Origin: a virus
Strand: one strand, 5' to 3'
Virus record (IMG/VR): IMGVR_UViG_3300020165_001964
DNA length: 64,000 nt
Shown piece after piece: positions 28,872 through 38,134 of this stretch. Position numbers and translations under genes: made by a program. Each line of letters begins with the position of its first letter. Position 1 is the first letter of the stretch. The notes beneath the pieces were generated by a model that was not told the DNA's origin, searched no databases, and saw only the letters and a program-made list of their open reading frames with translations.

Positions 28872-30466
28872 TAAAAGATTTTGATAAAATCTTGAACGAG
28901 TTGAGTTATAGAGTTAAGGATGGTACACCTGATTTAACCAACGAACAACACTTAATCAAATTATTTGATGTATTAAAAGAACATGATTGGCCAATAGATG
29001 AAAGAGTTAGGGTTATACATAATCTTACCAATGAAGAAAAGATTGGACCAAAAATAGCTCAGAAAAAGATGCAATCAAGAATTGGAGGATTATCTTCTGA
29101 TTTATCCACACCTACTAATCCAAAACGAATTGGAAATGATGGGGATTTATCAGACCAACAATTTACTAATTTATTACAAGGTGAGTTCGGTTCTGAAGTA
29201 AAGATGGTAAAACCATTAACAGGCCAAAACAAAAGTTCTAAGTTTAATATGTTTCTCTTTTCTTTCGAGGGTAATGATTATGATATTACATTAGCAGGAA
29301 AGGTTTCAGGTAGAGGAACTGCTCAAACTAAAGACCAAGAGTTAGCATTTCTACTATCATTGAGTGCAATTCATGCTGGTGCAAATACAAACAACAAAGA
29401 AGAATTTTTATCAATGATGTTAGACCCAAGTGTATATGGTGAGGTTTACGATGGTTCATCTATTAGTGAAAATGATGCGTTAGGGTTGGTTTCATTCCTT
29501 GAGAATAATGATGATTGGTATAAATCTACACTTGCACAAACAAAGAAGTTAGCAGGACAAGTAGGTTCATCACCAAAAAAATATTTAAAAGATGATAGTA
29601 AGTTAGATATTAATAAACTTGCAAAACAATTATATAAAGATGAGTATCAAGATAATCTTGATTTAGATAAATGGAATCCAGCAGATGTGTGGTTATACTA
29701 CACAAATAGTGTTCCAACTTTCAAAAGTTTAGCAGAACTAAATAACTATTTATTAGATAGTATTAAGAAAGGTAATGGTATCATAGGTATATCATTGAAG
29801 AAAGGTTCTGGTAATGTTAGTGTTGTAAATGATGGTAAAAAGAAAGAATACGAGTTGAAGAATCTCGGATTAAAGATTGGTGGTTTATTTAAAATTACTG
29901 CATACCTTGAGTTTAGTGGTAAGGGATTAGATGGATTGGGTTTACAATTCAGAATCTTTCAAGGAAGTGCTAAAGAACCAATCAGAGGTGAGGCAACTAC
30001 AAAGGGTGCAGATGCGGTACAAGGAAAAGTTGCACTACCTGTACTTGATTTAGTTAGTGGACAAAGATTAAGTGGTAAGATTAAGAAATTGGGTGGAGAA
30101 GATATTCTTGATTATGATAAGAAGTCAAAAGAGTTTTCATTCAGTAAGAATGGTTTGAAGAAATACAAAGAGGTATCAAAACTTTGGAACAAGATTAAAA
30201 GTAAAGTGGTGTTTGCAAGAGGTGCTAAATCATCTGATTATTCAAATGCATTTAAATCACCAGATAACTTTCTTGATATGTTAAACAAACTAAACCTTGC
30301 TGAGAATAAAGCAAAAGCAGTACTGAACTCTCGTTTCCAAACAATTGCATTATTATCATATCTTGGTTCAATGAATAGAGGGAAACAAGCAGATGTGGCA
30401 ATAGGATTGTTGAAGTATGGTAAATCACAATCAGATTGGTCATCGGCACATTTAAAGGTACAATAA
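28868..30466 (+). CDS. Hypothetical phage protein (possible nuclease fold)
   Basis: DKWNPADVW...IIGISLKK resembles PD-(D/E)xK-like conserved myovirus proteins. Confidence 0.4.
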   Translation: MIKDFDKILNELSYRVKDGTPDLTNEQHLIKLFDVLKEHDWPIDERVRVIHNLTNEEKIGPKIAQKKMQSRIGGLSSDLSTPTNPKRIGNDGDLSDQQFTNLLQGEFGSEVKMVKPLTGQNKSSKFNMFLFSFEGNDYDITLAGKVSGRGTAQTKDQELAFLLSLSAIHAGANTNNKEEFLSMMLDPSVYGEVYDGSSISENDALGLVSFLENNDDWYKSTLAQTKKLAGQVGSSPKKYLKDDSKLDINKLAKQLYKDEYQDNLDLDKWNPADVWLYYTNSVPTFKSLAELNNYLLDSIKKGNGIIGISLKKGSGNVSVVNDGKKKEYELKNLGLKIGGLFKITAYLEFSGKGLDGLGLQFRIFQGSAKEPIRGEATTKGADAVQGKVALPVLDLVSGQRLSGKIKKLGGEDILDYDKKSKEFSFSKNGLKKYKEVSKLWNKIKSKVVFARGAKSSDYSNAFKSPDNFLDMLNKLNLAENKAKAVLNSRFQTIALLSYLGSMNRGKQADVAIGLLKYGKSQSDWSSAHLKVQ

Positions 30467-30467
30467 T

Positions 30468-30875
30468 ATGAAAACACAATTACTATGTACATTCACACGA
30501 CAAGCAAGGTTTAACGAAACTATAGATGTTATTGTATCATGCAATGATATTCTATATGAAAAGATTTATGTATTTCAAAATCAACAAGATTTAACTCAGT
30601 TGATTTGCACATACAATGTAGAGTTTATAGATAACTTCGAAGAGAATATAGAGAACACTATATCATTACACAGAAAGAAACAAAGTAATACACTATATAC
30701 AATCAATGCATTGAATGAAGTTATCAGAAGTAAGAATGGTGGAGTGTTAGATAAACGATTCAATGTAGATTGGGCAGAGTATCAGAACACATTACTACTA
30801 ACAAACGAGACTGGATTGAATGTAGTACCCACAAAAATCTTTCAAATCATCAATGTAACGGAATGGAACAAATAG
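30468..30875 (+). CDS. Hypothetical phage protein
   Basis: 135-aa ORF, translationally coupled to the previous gene. Confidence 0.55.
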   Translation: MKTQLLCTFTRQARFNETIDVIVSCNDILYEKIYVFQNQQDLTQLICTYNVEFIDNFEENIENTISLHRKKQSNTLYTINALNEVIRSKNGGVLDKRFNVDWAEYQNTLLLTNETGLNVVPTKIFQIINVTEWNK

Positions 30876-30882
30876 TTACACC

Positions 30883-30903
30883 TGTTACATATCAATTGTA
30901 ACA
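30883..30903. promoter_or_regulatory. Perfect inverted repeat TGTTACA-N7-TGTAACA (candidate enhancer-binding-protein site)
   Basis: About 110-130 bp upstream of a sigma54-like element; extra half-site GTTACA at 30875-30880. Confidence 0.45.
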
Positions 30904-30918
30904 AAATTTAACACTAAG

Positions 30919-30944
30919 AAACCACTCATTCGAGTGGTTTTTTT
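30919..30944 (+). terminator. Rho-independent terminator
   Basis: AAACCACTC-ATTC-GAGTGGTTTTTTT. Confidence 0.8.
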
Positions 30945-31014
30945 ATGCCAATATAAATCTAACAATATCAACACATAAAAAAAAATTAAAATAATTTCCA
31001 AAAAAGGGCCACTT

Positions 31015-31030
31015 TGGTACACTTATTGTA
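31015..31030 (+). promoter_or_regulatory. Sigma54 (-24/-12)-like promoter TGGTAC-N5-TTGTA
   Basis: Matches TGGCAC-N5-TTGCA with two substitutions and exact spacing; upstream of pilins. Confidence 0.45.
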
Positions 31031-31094
31031 CTATAAGCTGTAGAGGATGGAATCATAAGGATGAAATCTTAAACTAAACTAAAGGAGAACGAAG

Positions 31095-31742
31095 ATGTTC
31101 ACAGGCCTTATTAAAAAATTAAAGAGTAGGAGAGGAAACTCTCTTGCTGAATTCGCAGTAACTACAGCAATGATGGCAACTCTCGCAACAACAGCTGCAC
31201 CAAAATTTGGACAGGTTGGAGCAGGTGCTAAAGAAAAGAAAACTATGGCAAACATAGATAAAATCTTGACTGTAGCAAACAATTATTATAACCAAACATT
31301 ATCTGAAGAGGGTAAAGGTAGATTCCCAGGCCAAGAAAAATATGATGTCGCTGTAGGTGGTATCGGTTTATCTGAGGGAACTTCTACTGATGAAACTCTT
31401 GAGGCTTATGTTGAAACTATCCTTGATAGTAAAGTATCTTATGATTCAGAGTTAGGTGAGTTCGTATATGTATTCTCACCAACAAGTGATGATGATGATG
31501 CACTTCAAGGTGATTGGATGAGTTTAGAAACATCAGTTGGATTCGATGGTAATTCAGAAATTGGTGCTCTTGATTTCAAGAATGACTTTGGTAACAAAGG
31601 TATGCAATCACCATTTCAGGATGGTTCATATGCTTATTTAGTAATACCTGGTAGTGGAAGTGGTACATCTGCACAAGCACCAGTAATCGTAGTAATAGAT
31701 ACTGAAAATCCATCTAAACTACACAAAACTTTAGTACCTTAA
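31095..31742 (+). CDS. Type IV pilin-like protein with atypical class III signal peptide
   Basis: Basic leader ...KSRRG|NSLAEF (Gly-1, Glu+5), hydrophobic helix, then PKF. Confidence 0.7.
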   Translation: MFTGLIKKLKSRRGNSLAEFAVTTAMMATLATTAAPKFGQVGAGAKEKKTMANIDKILTVANNYYNQTLSEEGKGRFPGQEKYDVAVGGIGLSEGTSTDETLEAYVETILDSKVSYDSELGEFVYVFSPTSDDDDALQGDWMSLETSVGFDGNSEIGALDFKNDFGNKGMQSPFQDGSYAYLVIPGSGSGTSAQAPVIVVIDTENPSKLHKTLVP

Positions 31743-31774
31743 ATCGTAACATAATATCTTGAAAGGATAATAGA

Positions 31775-32215
31775 ATGAAGAACATAATCAAAAACACAAG
31801 TAAAGGATTCACATTGATTGAATTAGTAATGGTTACAATCATATTAGGAATCTTAGCAGCAGTGGCATTACCGAGATATCAAGAGACAGTTGATAATGCA
31901 GAAGAAACAGCAGAAAAAACATTTGTCGATATGGTGTGGGCGGGGTGTGAACAAGAATCATCTGAAAGATTGACTGCGTTCGGACTTGAAGCATGGCCTT
32001 ATAATCCATTGACAGTAATTGGAAGAAGTCGTAATCTATCAGTTACATTGTTCGAGGGGATACCCGATGAAGATAATGAGTGGCAGTTTAGTGTAGATGC
32101 AGTTGGTGAACCAGCAATATTTCATCAAAGAAGAAATGATGAAATCTATTACTACACATATGATTCATTAACATTTGAATTAGCTGAACTACCTACTCTA
32201 TACACCAATGAGTAA
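31775..32215 (+). CDS. Type IV pilin (prepilin N-terminal cleavage/methylation motif)
   Basis: KG|FTLIELVMVTIILGILAAVALPRY is canonical. Confidence 0.9.
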   Translation: MKNIIKNTSKGFTLIELVMVTIILGILAAVALPRYQETVDNAEETAEKTFVDMVWAGCEQESSERLTAFGLEAWPYNPLTVIGRSRNLSVTLFEGIPDEDNEWQFSVDAVGEPAIFHQRRNDEIYYYTYDSLTFELAELPTLYTNE

Positions 32216-32630
32216 ATCAGTAAACACGATAGAATTAGGCCTCACTGCAGCTATTATGATTGTGGTGGGGTTTGTTTTATTTCAACCTGATATTACTTAT
32301 ATCGATGACAAACCTACAATGAAAACATTCTATGATTTTCCACTACAGGCGTGGTTAGATACTGATAGAGGTGGTGATGTTGTTAAGGTTAGATATTTGG
32401 TAGATAGAACAAAAACTAAATTATATATGTTTGATAAGTATGGTAAAATAGTACATAAACAACCGATATCATTGAGTCCATATGGTGATGGTAGAGAACG
32501 AATAGAAACTTATGTATGGAAACTATATCGTACAGAGTGGACAGATAGAATTGGTGCTGGTGAATATGGTATAGTGGTTGGTACAGATTTTGACCATAGG
32601 GGAATATCCATTGAGATTGATATACCTTAG
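32208..32630 (+). CDS. Membrane-anchored protein, degenerate pilin-like N-terminus plus small beta domain
   Basis: NTIELGLTAAIMIVVGFVLF TM segment; overlaps the pilin stop codon. Confidence 0.5.
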   Translation: MSKSVNTIELGLTAAIMIVVGFVLFQPDITYIDDKPTMKTFYDFPLQAWLDTDRGGDVVKVRYLVDRTKTKLYMFDKYGKIVHKQPISLSPYGDGRERIETYVWKLYRTEWTDRIGAGEYGIVVGTDFDHRGISIEIDIP

Positions 32631-32859
32631 TTTATTAACAATATTATATTCACAAGATTCCTTAGATGTTGAACTGAACTTAGATAGTTTGTGGGAAAAC
32701 TATGAGTGGGAAGAAATCCAAGAAGTTACAGATGTATATGCTGAAGTAGAACAAATCACAGCAGTTGCAGGAGTTCGTGGTTCTGAGGCAAAGTATGAGA
32801 TATTCAAGTATCTATACTACAGAAAATCAATGAAATCAAAAAAAATGAAAAAAAATTAA
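32611..32859 (+). CDS. Small secreted protein
   Basis: Probable TTG start after AGGGG, signal peptide RLIYLSLLTILYS|Q, TAVAGVRG motif. Confidence 0.45.
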   Translation: MRLIYLSLLTILYSQDSLDVELNLDSLWENYEWEEIQEVTDVYAEVEQITAVAGVRGSEAKYEIFKYLYYRKSMKSKKMKKN

Positions 32860-32929
32860 AATAAAATGTATTTTGAGAATTTATATATATATATATTATT
32901 ATATCAAATGATGATATAGAGTTTTTTGA

Positions 32930-33344
32930 AAATTGAGAAATCGGAAAGTACAGAGAGTAATTAGCTCTGTATGGGATTGGCTGAAAAATGAGTATACTTC
33001 GGAAGCTCATAAGGCAATCTATGATTAGTTCGTGGTGAACCTACTTAGGTGTAAATCATTTCGGTAGTTGAGACATCAATAATCAGAAGTACTTGAAGAA
33101 AAAAACAGAAACGATTCTGTTGACCTTATTGTGGGTAAGGGTAATACTGAAATCCCACTTTATGACTGAACAAACTAAACTCTGAGAGTTAAGGTATTGG
33201 CATAGAGGTTGTACTCGATTCGATGAGATTAACCATCTTGAGAATCACTTTCATAACTGAAAGATGTTAAGTATAAGGTAGAAAAAATCAGAGCTTCAAG
33301 TTGTGAGTAATCGTTAATCTCACATCCCCAAGATTTCCAAATTT
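32930..33344 (+). ncRNA. Large structured non-coding RNA of unknown class (~415 nt)
   Basis: ORF-free and GC-richer than flanks, with about 10 perfect helices including long-range and crossing ones and a cUUCGg motif. Promoter motif at 32871, terminator at 33354. Confidence 0.7.
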
Positions 33345-33353
33345 AGATAATAT

Positions 33354-33424
33354 AAAAAATGGCCACATGATTTTTAGTTTCCACTTATAAATAAACTTAA
33401 AAAACTAGCTGGCCATTTTTTTTT
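33354..33424 (+). terminator. Terminator-like stem after ncRNA
   Basis: AAAAAATGGCCA...TGGCCATTTTTTTTT with a large loop. Confidence 0.6.
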
Positions 33425-33539
33425 ACAAATAATGAAAAAAGATTACATTTTTAGCAATCAAGGTTATACTTATTATTGTATCGATAAATGATACCACTAA
33501 TAAATACAAAATAAACATAAACAAATAGGAGATTAAGTA

Positions 33540-34295
33540 ATGGACTTAAACGCAATTAAAAAACGACTCAATCAGTTACAAACCACAAACAATCGTACTT
33601 CCAGTCTTTGGAAACCACAACCAGGTAAAACTCAAATAAGAATCGTTCCTTATGCATTCAATAAAGATAATCCTTTCATTGAATTATTTTTCCACTACAA
33701 TCTGAACAATCGTTCATATCTTTCACCAATTTCTTTCGGTAGACCAGACCCAATTGAGGAGTTTGCTCAGAAACTAAAAGGAAGTGGTAGTAAAGAAGAT
33801 TATCAGCTATCAAGGAAACTTGAAGCAAAGATGAGAACTTTTGCACCAGTAGTAGTTAGAGGAGAAGAGAAACAAGGAGTGAAATTTTGGGGATTTGGAA
33901 AGACAGTTTATCAAGAACTTCTTTCTATAATCGCAGACCCTGATTATGGTGATATCACCGACCCAGTAAATGGTCGTGATGTTGTTGTGGAATTTATCAC
34001 AGCTGAAGAAAGTGGTGCGAGTTTTCCAAAAACTAACATTCGTGTCAAACCTAATCAAACATCGATTTCTGATGAACCAGATGTACTTGAATTGGTTAAA
34101 ACCCAACAAGACATCAAGGAAATCTATCAAGAGTTAGCATATGATGACCTTACAGACGTGCTGAATGAATGGTTGAATCCAAATGAGGATTCTACTGAAA
34201 CAGAAACTAAAGAAAAAGAAGTTTCTACTTCAGAACTTTCATCTGCCAAAGTAAGTAATACAGGTGATGCTTTTGACGAATTGTTCAAATCGTAA
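33540..34295 (+). CDS. Single-stranded DNA-binding protein (gp32-like)
   Basis: LWKPQPGKTQIRIVP, VKFWGFGKTVYQEL, DITDPVNGRD and an acidic tail ending FDELFKS. Confidence 0.8.
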   Translation: MDLNAIKKRLNQLQTTNNRTSSLWKPQPGKTQIRIVPYAFNKDNPFIELFFHYNLNNRSYLSPISFGRPDPIEEFAQKLKGSGSKEDYQLSRKLEAKMRTFAPVVVRGEEKQGVKFWGFGKTVYQELLSIIADPDYGDITDPVNGRDVVVEFITAEESGASFPKTNIRVKPNQTSISDEPDVLELVKTQQDIKEIYQELAYDDLTDVLNEWLNPNEDSTETETKEKEVSTSELSSAKVSNTGDAFDELFKS

Positions 34296-34314
34296 ATTGA
34301 ATAGATAATAATAT

Positions 34315-34380
34315 ATAGTGTGTGGCAACATACAACAAAAGTAGAGATGGGTGTTATTGTATTCCCTAACTACACACTAT
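34315..34380 (+). promoter_or_regulatory. Stem-loop leader upstream of recombinase
   Basis: 11-bp ATAGTGTGTGG/CTACACACTAT stem enclosing ATACAA/TTGTAT. Confidence 0.5.
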
Positions 34381-34398
34381 TAACTTAAGGAGATTAGG

Positions 34399-35499
34399 AT
34401 GGCATCAGTAAATGATGTATTGGCCTCAACATTGGCCGATAGTTTAAATAAAAAATTCAAAGATACTAAGGTAGCATACTTCTTAGATGGAAGTGATTCA
34501 ACACCAACAGATATAAAAGATTTTATCTCAACAGGTAGTTCCATGTTGGATTTGGCTATATCAAATAGACCAGATGGTGGTATTGCAGTTGGTAGAATTA
34601 CAGAAATCAATGGATTAGAATCAAGTGGTAAATCACTACTTGGTGCTCATATTCTTGCAGAGACTCAGAAGAAAGGTGGTGTGGCAGTTTATATTGATAC
34701 TGAAACATCTGTTTCCCAAGAGTTCTTGGAAGTAATTGGTGTTGATATGAACAAAATGTTATATCTACACTTAGAGACTGTAGAGGATATCTTTGAAGCT
34801 ATTGATGAAATAGTAACAAAAGTTAGAGAATCAGACAAAGATAGGTTAGTAACTATTATGGTTGATTCACTTGCAGCCGCATCTACGAAAGTAGAAATGG
34901 AATCTGATTTTGAGAAAGATGGTTGGGCAACTGCTAAGGCAATCATTATTAGTAAGGCAATGAGAAAGATTACTCAGATGATTGGTAGACAGAAAATAGC
35001 TCTCGTATTCACAAATCAGTTAAGACAAAAATTAGGTGTTATGTTTGGAGACCCTTGGACAACAAGTGGTGGAAAAGCATTACCATTCCATGCTTCAACA
35101 AGAATCAGATTGAAGAACATGGGACAAATCAAAGACACGGCAAAGAATGTTCTTGGTATGAAGTGTAGAGCACAGATTGTCAAGAATAGATTAGGCCCAC
35201 CTTTAAGACATACCGATTATGATATGTACTTCGATAGAGGTATAGATAATTATGGTGCATGGTTGACTGTGTTGAAAGAACACAAGTTAGTTAAATCAGG
35301 TGGTGCATGGTACACTCTTACAGACCAAAATGGTAAAGACCATAAGTTTTTATCAAAGGATTGGGAAGAGTTGATTGCCAGTAATGATGAGTTGAAAGAC
35401 TATGTCTATGGTATCATTTGTGATAAGGTTATATTACAATACAAAGATAAACTTGGTATTGATGATGTAGAGTTCACAGATGAGGTTATAGGTGATTAA
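34399..35499 (+). CDS. uvsX: RecA/UvsX recombinase
   Basis: ISTGSSMLDLA, GRITEINGLESSGKS, VDSLAA, FTNQLR and TTSGGKALPFHAS. Confidence 0.9.
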   Translation: MASVNDVLASTLADSLNKKFKDTKVAYFLDGSDSTPTDIKDFISTGSSMLDLAISNRPDGGIAVGRITEINGLESSGKSLLGAHILAETQKKGGVAVYIDTETSVSQEFLEVIGVDMNKMLYLHLETVEDIFEAIDEIVTKVRESDKDRLVTIMVDSLAAASTKVEMESDFEKDGWATAKAIIISKAMRKITQMIGRQKIALVFTNQLRQKLGVMFGDPWTTSGGKALPFHASTRIRLKNMGQIKDTAKNVLGMKCRAQIVKNRLGPPLRHTDYDMYFDRGIDNYGAWLTVLKEHKLVKSGGAWYTLTDQNGKDHKFLSKDWEELIASNDELKDYVYGIICDKVILQYKDKLGIDDVEFTDEVIGD

Positions 35500-36547
35500 T
35501 AAGAGACACTTATCAATATTTGAAGAGATTAAGAAATCTGGCGGTAAAGTAGATAGTGGTGAACCAAACGACTCGGTTTTACTTATAGATGGTTTGAACA
35601 CTTTTATTAGAGTGTTCACCGCAATACCTACTACTAATGAGGATGGAATTCACATTGGTGGAATAGTAGGTTTTTTAAGGTCTTTGGCTTTCACTATAAA
35701 TATGGTTAGACCTACACGAACTATCATAGTATTTGATGGTAAAGGTGGGTCTAATCGCCGTAGAAAGATATTTCCTGAATATAAGGCAGGAAGAAAAATG
35801 TCTCTAAGGTTAAATAGATTTACAGATGTTTCTTTGACTCGTGAACAAGAACATAAGATGATGATTCAACAATTAAATCGAGTGATTGAATATCTTGAAT
35901 GTTTACCATTAACAATAACAAATGTTCCTAATATAGAAGCAGATGATGTTATTGGGTATGCATCAAAACATTGTTTCAAAGATAATTGTACAATCATGTC
36001 AACCGATAAAGATTTTCTTCAGTTGGTAGATGAACGAATCAAGGTATGGTCACCAACGAAGAAAAAGATGTACGATGAAGAAAGAATACTAAATGAATAT
36101 GGTATCAATGCAACAAACTTTTTACTATTCAGAACAATGGATGGTGATAAATCAGATGGAATACCTGGAATCAAGGGTGCAGGAATAAAAACATTATTAA
36201 AAATGTTTCCTTGGCTTGCTTCCCCACACAAACATTCCATTGATGATTTATTAAAAAGTGCAGAACCTAAAAGAAAACAATTCAAACTATGTGAACAGAT
36301 AGTAAACTCAGAAGACCAATTACTTTTAAATAAGAAACTAATGGATTTAGATGATTTAAACATATCTGGTCATAGTAAACGAACTATTCAAACGCTAGTA
36401 GAGAATCCAATTCAACGAATGGTTAAGCACAAGTTTCAGAAGATGTTCTTAGAGGATAAAATGTATACTGCATTACCTAATCTTGATAGTTGGTTACACT
36501 CAACATTTAATAGATTAAATCATATGGCAGAGAAGACACATGGGTAG
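35492..36547 (+). CDS. 5'-3' exonuclease/RNase H (FEN/PolI N-terminal family)
   Basis: LLIDGLN, VFDG, YKAGR, EADDVIG, STDKDFLQL and GDKSDGIPGIKGAGIKT. Confidence 0.9.
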   Translation: MINKRHLSIFEEIKKSGGKVDSGEPNDSVLLIDGLNTFIRVFTAIPTTNEDGIHIGGIVGFLRSLAFTINMVRPTRTIIVFDGKGGSNRRRKIFPEYKAGRKMSLRLNRFTDVSLTREQEHKMMIQQLNRVIEYLECLPLTITNVPNIEADDVIGYASKHCFKDNCTIMSTDKDFLQLVDERIKVWSPTKKKMYDEERILNEYGINATNFLLFRTMDGDKSDGIPGIKGAGIKTLLKMFPWLASPHKHSIDDLLKSAEPKRKQFKLCEQIVNSEDQLLLNKKLMDLDDLNISGHSKRTIQTLVENPIQRMVKHKFQKMFLEDKMYTALPNLDSWLHSTFNRLNHMAEKTHG

Positions 36548-36728
36548 GAAGAAGAAATATTTTACAGCAAAAGAGAAACGAGATGCACAAAGAAAGTGGC
36601 AGATGGAACATTACAAACGAAATGCTGATAGGATAAAAGCAAAAGCACGACAGAGATATCGTGATATGAAAAGAACGGAATTTTATGATAAAAAAATACA
36701 AGATTTGTATGGCAATCTTGATACTTAA
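36540..36728 (+). CDS. Small basic protein
   Basis: 62-aa Lys/Arg-rich ORF overlapping the previous stop. Confidence 0.45.
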   Translation: MGRKKKYFTAKEKRDAQRKWQMEHYKRNADRIKAKARQRYRDMKRTEFYDKKIQDLYGNLDT

Positions 36729-36740
36729 TAATAGGTTATA

Positions 36741-38102
36741 ATGAGTGAATCTTTAACACAATACGGAACAAATTTTCAAAGTAAGATGCTTACATCTTTA
36801 ATCACAGATGTAAAGTATACAAAAACAATTTTAGATATCTTAGAGATAAGTTACTTCGATTCAGATAGTAACAAATTCATAATCAAATCCATCAAGGATT
36901 ATTTCAAAAAATACAAAACCACACCAACAATGGAAGCATTAAAAGTTATTGTTGATGAGGTAGATAATGATGTGTTAAAAACATCCATAGTAGATGGATT
37001 AAGAAGTGCATGGCAACATCGTGAATCACCAGATTTAGCTTTTGTAAAAGAGAAATCTCTTGAGTTTTGTAAGAACCAAGTTGTAAAGAATGCAATTATG
37101 GAATCAGTTGAATTATTAGAAGTACAGAAGTATGATGAAATAAAAACCATTATAGATGAAGCTATGAAGGCGGGTGTAGAAACTGATATCGGACACGAAT
37201 ACATCACAGGTTTAGAGGAGAGATTATCCAAACAAACAAGAGTATGTTTACCTACACAATGGGATAGTGTAAATGATTTGATGGATGGTGGATTGGCAGG
37301 TGGTGAGTTGGGTGTGATTGTTGCTCCTGCTGGTATTGGTAAATCTTGGACTCTTCAAGCATTGGGTGCTCATGCAGTTGCACAAGGAAAGACGGTACTT
37401 CATTATACATTAGAGTTAAATGCTCAGTATGTAGGGTTAAGATATGATACAATAGTAAGTGGACAACCAACAGGTAACTTACAATACTATAAAGAAGAAG
37501 TACAACAAAAGATTTCAAAGTTAAAGGGTGAGTTAATCATCAAATATTATCCAACAAAAAGTGCAAGTGTTAATACTCTTGCAGCACATATACAACAATG
37601 TGAGATGAGAGGTATAAAACCAGATATGATTATTGTGGATTATGCAGATATTATGAAATCTACACAACACTTCAATGAAAAAAGACATCAAATAGGTCAT
37701 GTGTATGAAGAACTACGAGGTATGGCAGGTGAGTTTGATATACCATTATGGACAGCATCTCAAGCTAATCGTTCAGCATTAGAAGAAGATGTGATTGGAG
37801 CAGATAAAGTATCAGAAGATTATTCAAAGGTTATGACAGCAGATTTTGTTATGAGTATGAGTAGAAAAGTAGAAGATAAGATTGCTAACACAGGTAGATT
37901 CCATGTTATTAAGAATAGATTTGGGCCAGATGGTATTACATTCCCTGCTACTATCAACACTAATACAGGTTTTATACAAATCTATGAAACAAACACACAA
38001 GGTGGTAAAGAAGTACAAGGAAAAATGAATAATGCTGATGAATATATTCGTAAAACATTGGCACAGAAGAAGAAAGATTTTGATGGCGAAGGGTTTGAAT
38101 AA
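36741..38102 (+). CDS. Replicative DnaB-like helicase (gp41-like)
   Basis: Walker A APAGIGKS, IIVDYAD, WTASQANR and KNRFG. Confidence 0.9.
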   Translation: MSESLTQYGTNFQSKMLTSLITDVKYTKTILDILEISYFDSDSNKFIIKSIKDYFKKYKTTPTMEALKVIVDEVDNDVLKTSIVDGLRSAWQHRESPDLAFVKEKSLEFCKNQVVKNAIMESVELLEVQKYDEIKTIIDEAMKAGVETDIGHEYITGLEERLSKQTRVCLPTQWDSVNDLMDGGLAGGELGVIVAPAGIGKSWTLQALGAHAVAQGKTVLHYTLELNAQYVGLRYDTIVSGQPTGNLQYYKEEVQQKISKLKGELIIKYYPTKSASVNTLAAHIQQCEMRGIKPDMIIVDYADIMKSTQHFNEKRHQIGHVYEELRGMAGEFDIPLWTASQANRSALEEDVIGADKVSEDYSKVMTADFVMSMSRKVEDKIANTGRFHVIKNRFGPDGITFPATINTNTGFIQIYETNTQGGKEVQGKMNNADEYIRKTLAQKKKDFDGEGFE

Positions 38103-38134
38103 AACTTCGAAGAAAATCTTTTTAAAACTTCGAA
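38100..38134 (+). repeat. Direct repeat TAAAACTTCGAA x2 upstream of RNR
   Basis: 38100-38111 and 38123-38134. Confidence 0.5.

Noticed and set aside
32882-32903. (TA)n microsatellite
   Set aside because: Short, and explained as the AT-rich part of the promoter motif. Similar runs occur at 46051 and 61245.
32930-33344. Group I/II intron or RNase P RNA
   Set aside because: It does not interrupt a gene, and I could not find P7/J8-7, domain V or RNase P P4 consensus by eye. A covariance search is still needed.
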